Source: a virus
Taxonomy: Duplodnaviria > Caudoviricetes
DNA length: 24,300 nucleotides
Reading direction: 5' to 3' (one strand)
Virus record (IMG/VR): IMGVR_UViG_3300020045_002203
Span: 1 to 24,300 of that record
The notes beneath the pieces are model-generated. The model saw only the letters and a program-made list of their open reading frames with translations. It searched no databases and was not told the DNA's origin. Shown here in pieces: positions 16,559 to 22,233 of the stretch. The translations under genes were made by a program, and so were the position numbers. Numbering within the stretch: the stretch's first letter is position 1; every line of letters starts with the position of its first letter.

Positions 16559-16890
16559 AGTCAGAGGCCAGAGGCCGTTAGCCTGACTATAAGTCAACTT
16601 CCTGACCCTGATCCGGCCAGTTATCGAGCTTTAGAGGCTGCCGATTTACCATGCCTAAATAATCAAGTTAGGCTGACCGTAGGGAAAGACCACCGCTCAT
16701 AAAAACAGAGCGTAAAAGAGATGCATATTTGGTATGAACACACATCGCCTCATACCCCTGGCCTTACATGGACTATGCACCTAGTCAACCTGCTTATACA
16801 GGGCGCGATTCAGGGAAACCTGACAGTGTTGTAAACCTATACCGTACCTATACGGCTGGACTACAAGGCTGGCTTACTTAGCCAGTTTTT
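16559..16890 (+). ncRNA. Candidate large structured non-coding RNA or structured origin (unassigned)
   Basis: No convincing ORF. Stems include GCCTAA/TTAGGC, CGCTC/GAGCG, GGTATGA/TCATACC, GACTA/TAGTC, CCTG/CAGG, TCAGG-GAAA-CCTGA, and CCGTA/TACGG nested in TTGTA/TACAA; long-range AGGCCAG/CTGGCCT. Confidence 0.6.
16867..16890 (+). terminator. Intrinsic terminator-like hairpin
   Basis: CTGGCT-tactt-AGCCAG followed by TTTTT. Confidence 0.65.
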
Positions 16891-16935
16891 GTTCCCTACC
16901 CGAAACCTTCCGGCTGATACTGCTACAGTTATTGA

Positions 16936-17208
16936 ATGCTGGAAGAACAGAAACTTGTCTGCAAGAGATGTGGCTTTACTGAGTTTGTTCCGGCTGATAA
17001 GCGCAAGCGCAAAGATGAACTGTGTGTTGATTGTCGAAGAAGACCGGCTAAGACTATTAACTATGGGCTGGATAAGTCTTGTAAACCCTGGGGCGGAAGC
17101 TTTGATTTAGAGGACAATCCGGTTGAGTGGGGTCATCTTTTTCTACCTGGCAAGCGTGTTTGTGGTCACCGAGATTGTGTTGAGTTGTCGCACATTATTG
17201 TCGACTGA
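16936..17208 (+). CDS. Cys-rich zinc-binding protein
   Basis: CKRC, CVDC and C...CGHRDCV..SH; preceded by TGcTACAGT-N6-ATG. Confidence 0.7.
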   Translation: MLEEQKLVCKRCGFTEFVPADKRKRKDELCVDCRRRPAKTINYGLDKSCKPWGGSFDLEDNPVEWGHLFLPGKRVCGHRDCVELSHIIVD

Positions 17209-17269
17209 TTCTGCTAGTGTCTAACTACTTGCTACCCAGTAAGTAATAAAACTAATGAAAGAGCTAATT

Positions 17270-17701
17270 ATGGCTAAGTGTGTTATTCAGGTTAAGGGAA
17301 ACCTTGCCAGAGATGTTGAAGCAAAAGTATCTAAGGCTGGCAAGATGTATTCAGTCTTGAGTGTGGGATCTACACCTTCTAAAAAACTTCCTTCTGGTGA
17401 GTGGGAGAATGGCGAAACAATGTGGTTCAATGTCACAGTTTTTGCCGAGCTAAATCCTTTTGAGTTCAAGAAGGGTTCACCGGTTGAGGTTGAGGGAACT
17501 TTTGTTGCCAGACATTACACCAAGAAAGATGGAACTCAGGGTCTAAGCCTTGATGTGACTGCTGATGGGGAAAAGGTAAAGGTTGTTCCTCGCAAAGAGT
17601 CTGTAAGCCCTAATGCTGCTCAGGCTAAAGAAAACTGGAATGCTCCGGCTAACTGGAGTGAAGTGACTCCTCTAGTTGATTTGAGTGAAGCACCATTCTA
17701 G
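17270..17701 (+). CDS. ssb: Single-stranded DNA-binding protein
   Basis: GNLARDVE, WENGETMWFNVTVF, KKGSPVEVEG and an acidic tail ending EAPF. Confidence 0.92.
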   Translation: MAKCVIQVKGNLARDVEAKVSKAGKMYSVLSVGSTPSKKLPSGEWENGETMWFNVTVFAELNPFEFKKGSPVEVEGTFVARHYTKKDGTQGLSLDVTADGEKVKVVPRKESVSPNAAQAKENWNAPANWSEVTPLVDLSEAPF

Positions 17702-18117
17702 AACTCTACTTTCGAGTAAGCGGCTCGCCTACCCCTCAAGGCTCTAAAACAGCCTTTGTGCGCGGTGGGCGGGCTGTTCTAGTTGAGGCCAATAAGAAAC
17801 TCCCAGAGTGGCGCAGGGCTGTATCTGATGCCGCTTTATTAGCGCTGGCAGATCACCAAGCGATCAAGCCTTTTACTGGCCCTGTAAAGGTTGCTATCAC
17901 CTTTTACCTAGCCAAGCCAGCCAAGCCTAAGTGGGCTTTAGTTCCGGCCTCTAAGCCTGATTTGGACAAGCTCATAAGGGCAGTCCTAGATGGTTGCCTA
18001 CCGGTCTGGACTGATGATGCCTTAGTTGTCGAACTGGTGGCTAAGAAAATCTGGTGTTCAACAGACCCAGAATCCTACCCAGAGCCAGGTTGTTCGGTCT
18101 ATATCAAGGCTTTATAA
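17695..18117 (+). CDS. rusA: RusA-family Holliday junction resolvase (start codon uncertain)
   Basis: F.V.G.PTPQGSK N-terminal motif (17710-17748), KPDLDKLIRAVLDG and WTDDALVV catalytic aspartates. First canonical start (GTG 17758) lies after the N-terminal motif. Confidence 0.85.
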   Translation: MLELYFRVSGSPTPQGSKTAFVRGGRAVLVEANKKLPEWRRAVSDAALLALADHQAIKPFTGPVKVAITFYLAKPAKPKWALVPASKPDLDKLIRAVLDGCLPVWTDDALVVELVAKKIWCSTDPESYPEPGCSVYIKAL

Positions 18118-18183
18118 CAGTTTGATAACCGGCGTGTCTTTTTGCTAATTTGCTACATTTACCCCTGAAATAGTGCTACATTT
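18114..18183 (+). promoter_or_regulatory. Promoter/operator cluster ahead of the mini-gene operon
   Basis: ATAAC-N6-ATAAC, GGCGTGTC and two copies of TGCTACATTT (18151-18160 and 18174-18183; TGn-TANNNT form). Confidence 0.55.
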
Positions 18184-18227
18184 GTCTTACAGCCAAAAAG
18201 GCCTGAAAGATAAGAAGGGGAAACAAA

Positions 18228-18455
18228 ATGAACAAGGAACTAGCAAAACTACTAAAGGCTTCACTAAAGGTTCAGTTCCCATACTGCACATTCAAGGTAA
18301 CCACCCAGCGCGGAATTATGCTTGACCAAATCACCGTAAACTTCGATGGTGAAGTAGATGTGCAAGAGCTACGCGCTATCTGCCGCTCATGGTCTACTGA
18401 TGATCTAAGTGTTATTGCTCAGGGCAAGGCTTACACCTTGATGCAGGTGGCATAA
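18228..18455 (+). CDS. Hypothetical protein (resembles an LPD29-like domain)
   Basis: AKLLKASLK.QFP..TFKVT....ITVNFDG; SD AAGGGG. Confidence 0.55.
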   Translation: MNKELAKLLKASLKVQFPYCTFKVTTQRGIMLDQITVNFDGEVDVQELRAICRSWSTDDLSVIAQGKAYTLMQVA

Positions 18456-18625
18456 TGCGAAGCCTGATCAACTACCTCGGCGCACTAGCCGCATTCCTAG
18501 TGTTAGGCGCATCAATGGCTTTTGTCGAATGGATTGCTCAGTTTGAGTTCCTCGGCTGGCTTGCACTCGGCTTTATTTTCTTTGCTCCTATCTTTCTGGC
18601 AATCAAGTTTTGGAGAAGCCTCTAA
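18455..18625 (+). CDS. 56-aa two-TM membrane protein
   Basis: MRSLINYLGALAAFLVLGASMAFVEWIAQFEFLGWLALGFIFFAPIFLAIKFWRSL; TAATG coupling at both ends. Confidence 0.7.
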   Translation: MRSLINYLGALAAFLVLGASMAFVEWIAQFEFLGWLALGFIFFAPIFLAIKFWRSL

Positions 18626-18795
18626 TGACAACTCCAGTATTTGATCAGGTAAATGCAACTCATGACCTTTACCGAGCCACCGCAAGACTTGAGGCTCGCC
18701 GAGAACTGGCTGAGGAACTTCGCCAGATTCAAAAACCAACCAAGCAAGTTGTAGACATTATCAAGCGATTGGAAACCAATGCTGGAGATAACTGA
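18625..18795 (+). CDS. Hypothetical helical protein (56 aa)
   Basis: SD GGAG and TAATG coupling. Confidence 0.65.
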   Translation: MTTPVFDQVNATHDLYRATARLEARRELAEELRQIQKPTKQVVDIIKRLETNAGDN

Positions 18796-18955
18796 AACCG
18801 CTTTTGGCTCGGCTCTCAAGGAAACTCTTGAACTAGGTAGCCAGCAAGAAAGAGAAAGAATTATCCACCTGCTCAACAATGATGCAGTCCTACAGATGAA
18901 CCTTTCAGCGCAATGGCTGACCTACATAGTGGAGATGATTGAAGATGTGCAGTAA
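18779..18955 (+). CDS. ERERII-motif mini-protein 1
   Basis: MLEITETAFGSALKETLELGSQQERERIIHLLNNDAVLQMNLSAQWLTYIVEMIEDVQ. Confidence 0.65.
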   Translation: MLEITETAFGSALKETLELGSQQERERIIHLLNNDAVLQMNLSAQWLTYIVEMIEDVQ

Positions 18956-19142
18956 GCCAGGTTGCGATAAGCCGATAAGAGCTAGAGGCTTTTGTATCAA
19001 TCACTATGGGGCAGCAACACTTGAGGCTCGCAAGGCTTCAGGTTATGTTCCTGTTGATCTCCGCCGTAGCACCTCTAACTGGAGCGAAGCAGATTATGAA
19101 GATTACTGGCAGTTTGTAAAAAAGGAGTTGAACCTTGTTTAA
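18945..19142 (+). CDS. Small zinc-binding protein
   Basis: MCSKPGCDKPIRARGFCINHY (C-C-C-H); SD GGAG. Confidence 0.7.
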   Translation: MCSKPGCDKPIRARGFCINHYGAATLEARKASGYVPVDLRRSTSNWSEADYEDYWQFVKKELNLV

Positions 19143-19305
19143 GTCAAAGCAAAGAATTGCTTCAGCATGGGCTAAAGGTCTAATGCTTGGTAAGGCAGTT
19201 GGCGCTCGAGATGAGCGTGACCGAATTATTGACCTTTTGCAAGGTAAAGGTGTGGTTAGCTCAGATGTCATTATCAAACTAATCAAAGGCGCTAAAAATG
19301 ATTGA
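19135..19305 (+). CDS. ERERII-motif mini-protein 2
   Basis: TTG start behind AAGGAG; MFKSKQRIASAWAKGLMLGKAVGARDERDRIIDLLQGKGVVSSDVIIKLIKGAKND. Confidence 0.65.
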   Translation: MFKSKQRIASAWAKGLMLGKAVGARDERDRIIDLLQGKGVVSSDVIIKLIKGAKND

Positions 19306-19420
19306 CCTAGAAAGCCGGATTGAGATTATGCTGGCTTACTTCGCTGCCTCAAATGCAAGATTGCTAGAAATTGAAAAGAAACTAGAAAGGCTAGAACAAT
19401 GGCAGATGTCCTCGAAGTAA
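19298..19420 (+). CDS. 40-aa coiled-coil mini-protein
   Basis: MIDLESRIEIMLAYFAASNARLLEIEKKLERLEQWQMSSK; AAAGG upstream. Confidence 0.55.
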   Translation: MIDLESRIEIMLAYFAASNARLLEIEKKLERLEQWQMSSK

Positions 19421-19497
19421 TGGGCTGGTATTCAATCTTTATGGGTATCGCTTTATTGGTGATTATCTCTTACTTGATAAAGAAGAACAATGAGTAA
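19399..19497 (+). CDS. 32-aa single-TM mini-protein
   Basis: MADVLEVMGWYSIFMGIALLVIISYLIKKNNE; GAAAGG upstream. Confidence 0.55.
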   Translation: MADVLEVMGWYSIFMGIALLVIISYLIKKNNE

Positions 19498-19597
19498 GCA
19501 CCGAGGTCAGCGAGCTTATCCGCTCTACTGGGAACTTATCTATCTGAAGCGAATGTGGCATGGCAAGTGGAAATACAAACTAAGGGGAAAAAGATGA
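19490..19597 (+). CDS. 35-aa basic/aromatic mini-protein
   Basis: MSKHRGQRAYPLYWELIYLKRMWHGKWKYKLRGKR; overlaps both neighbours (ATGA at the 3' end). Confidence 0.5.
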   Translation: MSKHRGQRAYPLYWELIYLKRMWHGKWKYKLRGKR

Positions 19598-19845
19598 AGA
19601 AGGCTAACAAAGACTTCCTAATGGACTTGGAGCGAGAGCGCCTAGATCAGTCTTGGAAGACACCGAAAGAGATAGCACTTACTCAGTTCACCAAGATTAT
19701 CTACCGCGACAAGGTTGTGGATCACCGCTTCCGCGACAACATTATGTTCCACGCTGGGCGCTACTCAATGGGCGCTCGAGATACAGAGGCTCTAAATGGC
19801 CACAAGGTAGCAAGCAACCTAATTAGCAAGGAAGGTAAAAAATGA
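19594..19845 (+). CDS. Hypothetical protein
   Basis: SD AAGGGG before ATG 19594; ATGA coupling to nrdH. Confidence 0.65.
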   Translation: MKKANKDFLMDLERERLDQSWKTPKEIALTQFTKIIYRDKVVDHRFRDNIMFHAGRYSMGARDTEALNGHKVASNLISKEGKK

Positions 19846-20090
19846 AAGTTGTAATCTGGACAAAGAGTTTTTGTGTGCAATGCGAACAGACTAAGAAGCA
19901 GTTTGACAAACTAGGTATCGAGTATGAGGAACAAAGCCTGGAAGATAACCCTCTAGTGCTTGAGGGTTTCAAGCAGCAGGGCCTACTAGCAGCGCCAATT
20001 GTGACTACTGATACAAAGGCTTGGTCAGGTTTCAGACCTGACAAGATTCAATCGCTAGACCGCTATCTTAAGAGCTACGGGGAAAAGTAA
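19842..20090 (+). CDS. nrdH: NrdH-like glutaredoxin
   Basis: CVQC active site, AAPIV and WSGFRPDKI. Confidence 0.92.
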   Translation: MKVVIWTKSFCVQCEQTKKQFDKLGIEYEEQSLEDNPLVLEGFKQQGLLAAPIVTTDTKAWSGFRPDKIQSLDRYLKSYGEK

Positions 20091-20266
20091 TGGATACCGT
20101 ATACACCAAGGGTTTCATGTCAGGTACTGCTTTAGAGAGGGAACGCATTATCAAGTTGATAGAGAGTCAGATAACACCTTGCCTTTGTGAGCAAGGTTGT
20201 ATGGCTGATGATAACCCTGCCTATCAAGAACTAATTGAACTTATCAAGGGAGAAACAAATGAGTGA
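20090..20266 (+). CDS. ERERII-motif mini-protein 3
   Basis: MDTVYTKGFMSGTALERERIIKLIESQITPCLCEQGCMADDNPAYQELIELIKGETNE. Confidence 0.7.
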   Translation: MDTVYTKGFMSGTALERERIIKLIESQITPCLCEQGCMADDNPAYQELIELIKGETNE

Positions 20267-20462
20267 TTATGAGCTGCTAGATGAAGCAATAACCTTGCTA
20301 GAAACACCGCACCTAGTCTGGTCAGATGACTTTGAGATTATCCGCCATCATCTTTATGCCTTGCTAGTTAGTGAAAGAAAAAGCCTTGCACCACATGAGG
20401 CAACTTTTGACCTAGCCAAAGAACTACTTGACGGCTTTCATAATGACTTTCAGATAGGCTAA
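20259..20462 (+). CDS. Hypothetical protein
   Basis: SD AAGGGAG before ATG 20259 (MSDYELL...). Confidence 0.65.
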   Translation: MSDYELLDEAITLLETPHLVWSDDFEIIRHHLYALLVSERKSLAPHEATFDLAKELLDGFHNDFQIG

Positions 20463-20466
20463 AGGA

Positions 20467-20694
20467 ATGCTTGAAGACCTAACCGCTCCACCTTCTAAGA
20501 TTTGGACTTGTCGAGTTCGCACCTTAGCAAGTGAACTAAGCGACAAAGATGCCGCCATCCTTGCCGAAGCTATTGCCAATCCGCAATGGAAAGCCGAAAC
20601 CCTATCTAAAGCCCTAAACCAAAAAGGGCTAAAGATTGCCGGATCAGGTATCACTCGACACCGACAAGGAAACTGCTCATGCTCGAAAATTTAG
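20467..20694 (+). CDS. Small Cys/His helical protein (possible zinc- or DNA-binding partner of the phosphoesterase)
   Basis: C.V...L...D...L..A...LSKAL...G.....I.RHR.G.CSC pattern; overlaps the next gene. Confidence 0.65.
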   Translation: MLEDLTAPPSKIWTCRVRTLASELSDKDAAILAEAIANPQWKAETLSKALNQKGLKIAGSGITRHRQGNCSCSKI

Positions 20695-21824
20695 GCCCAG
20701 CACCAAAGATAGAAACACCTATTGGCTGGAAACCGGCAGTCGAGTTTGATGGCACAGAAGGTGTAGCAACAACACCTGGACTAGCAGACGGACTTGATTA
20801 CACCGAGTTCCTAGAGCAAGCCGGATACTCGCCAGACATCTATGAAGTGATTGGCGCACCTCGCACCTCTCGCTGGCAGGTCTATGACGGTTCTTGGCGC
20901 ACCTCTTACCGCTTCCACTTCCGCCTAAAGCCTGACAATGCAGTTGCATTACCTCTGCTCTACAAGGAAGCAAAGAAGACTAAGGTTAGTCCACCTAAAC
21001 TAACCGCTAATGGCAAGGTGCTAGTTATTGCCACCGCTGACTATCAGATTGGCAAAAAAGCGAGTAGAGGTGGAACACCTGAGTTGCTCGCAAGATTATT
21101 TACTTCTTATGCCAACATAACCAGTCATCTAAAAAAGAATAAGTATGAACAGATTATTATTCTGGATGCCGGTGACATTATTGAGAACTTTGGAAATGCC
21201 GCCGACCTAGCCCAACTCCAATCTAATGACCTCTCAATTCAGGATCAGATTGATTTAGCAGCGACATTACAATTTGACCTAATCAAGCTGGCTAATAAGT
21301 ATGCTCCAGTAACCTATGCCTCAGTAGGCTCTAACCATTGCCAATGGCGAGTTAATAAGCAGGTAGTGGGAAAGCCGGTAGATGACTGGGGAATCTTTAT
21401 TGTCAAGCAACTTCGCAAGATAACTACTGAAATTGGTATGGATGTCAAATACCTTATTCCAGGTGACTATGAAGAAACACTAGCCCTAGACCCTTTTGAG
21501 GATAAGTTCCATGTTGTAGGTCTATTTCATGGGCATCAAGCAGCAAGACCTGAGCAAGTTCCTAACTGGCTCGAGAAACAGGTTGCCGGACTACAACCTC
21601 TTATGAATTTCTCTGTTGCGGTGTCAGGCCACTATCACCATACTCGCATCCAGCAATTAGGTGCTGCTCATAATGGCGGCTCAAGATGGTGGATTCAAGC
21701 CTCAACAATGGACTCAGGAAGCGACTGGTTTAGATTGCGGTCAGGTCAGGATGCTACAACCGGAATCACAGCCTTTGAGTTAGAGAAGCAGGTGCTATTC
21801 AATGGGTCGGTGTTTAGATTTTGA
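20679..21824 (+). CDS. Calcineurin-like metallophosphoesterase (Mre11/SbcD-like superfamily)
   Basis: ADYQIG, GDIIE, GSNH, HGH and GHYH metal-binding motifs in canonical order. Confidence 0.85.
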   Translation: MLENLGPAPKIETPIGWKPAVEFDGTEGVATTPGLADGLDYTEFLEQAGYSPDIYEVIGAPRTSRWQVYDGSWRTSYRFHFRLKPDNAVALPLLYKEAKKTKVSPPKLTANGKVLVIATADYQIGKKASRGGTPELLARLFTSYANITSHLKKNKYEQIIILDAGDIIENFGNAADLAQLQSNDLSIQDQIDLAATLQFDLIKLANKYAPVTYASVGSNHCQWRVNKQVVGKPVDDWGIFIVKQLRKITTEIGMDVKYLIPGDYEETLALDPFEDKFHVVGLFHGHQAARPEQVPNWLEKQVAGLQPLMNFSVAVSGHYHHTRIQQLGAAHNGGSRWWIQASTMDSGSDWFRLRSGQDATTGITAFELEKQVLFNGSVFRF

Positions 21825-22003
21825 TGGAAAAAGAAGAAGTAATAGAAGCCCTCAAAGACTGGTACATAACTACTCATTGCATGGATGAACACAGTTGCCG
21901 CCAATACTCGCTATTTATCCAGCAAGTCATAAGAGTAATGGAAGATAAACAACCTGTGCCAGAAATGCCAGATTGCGACTGCTATGAATGTAAGGCTGCC
22001 TAA
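21824..22003 (+). CDS. Small Cys-rich protein
   Basis: HC...HSC and CDCYEC; TGATG and TAATG coupling. Confidence 0.6.
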   Translation: MEKEEVIEALKDWYITTHCMDEHSCRQYSLFIQQVIRVMEDKQPVPEMPDCDCYECKAA

Positions 22004-22233
22004 TGTGTCATTGTGGAGAAGCAATCAAAGCCAAAGGCCTATGCTCCAAGCATTACCTAGCAGACTACCGCCAGCGTAAACAGCAAGGCCTAATAAAAAA
22101 GACACCAATCATCGAACTCATCGAAGCAACCTACAAAGACACACCTAACTGTGGAGTATGTGGAGAACCTAAGCGAGCTAAGAACCTATGTACTAAGCAC
22201 TATTTTCAACTAAGAAGGGGAACAAATGATTAG
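22003..22233 (+). CDS. Protein with two tandem C-C-C-H zinc motifs
   Basis: CHCGEAIKAKGLCSKHY and CGVCGEPKRAKNLCTKHY. Confidence 0.7.
   Translation: MCHCGEAIKAKGLCSKHYLADYRQRKQQGLIKKTPIIELIEATYKDTPNCGVCGEPKRAKNLCTKHYFQLRRGTND

Noticed and set aside
16553-16935. Group I intron hosting the GIY-YIG gene
   Set aside because: I could not identify ordered P/Q/R/S core elements or an interrupted host gene, and both flanking genes look complete. Not excluded without a covariance-model search.
16553-16935. tRNA gene(s)
   Set aside because: No cloverleaf with a TTCGA-type T-loop and acceptor stem was found by eye.
16889-17110. 73-aa + strand ORF
   Set aside because: It overlaps the better-supported Cys-rich gene 16936-17208 and starts in the terminator U-tract.
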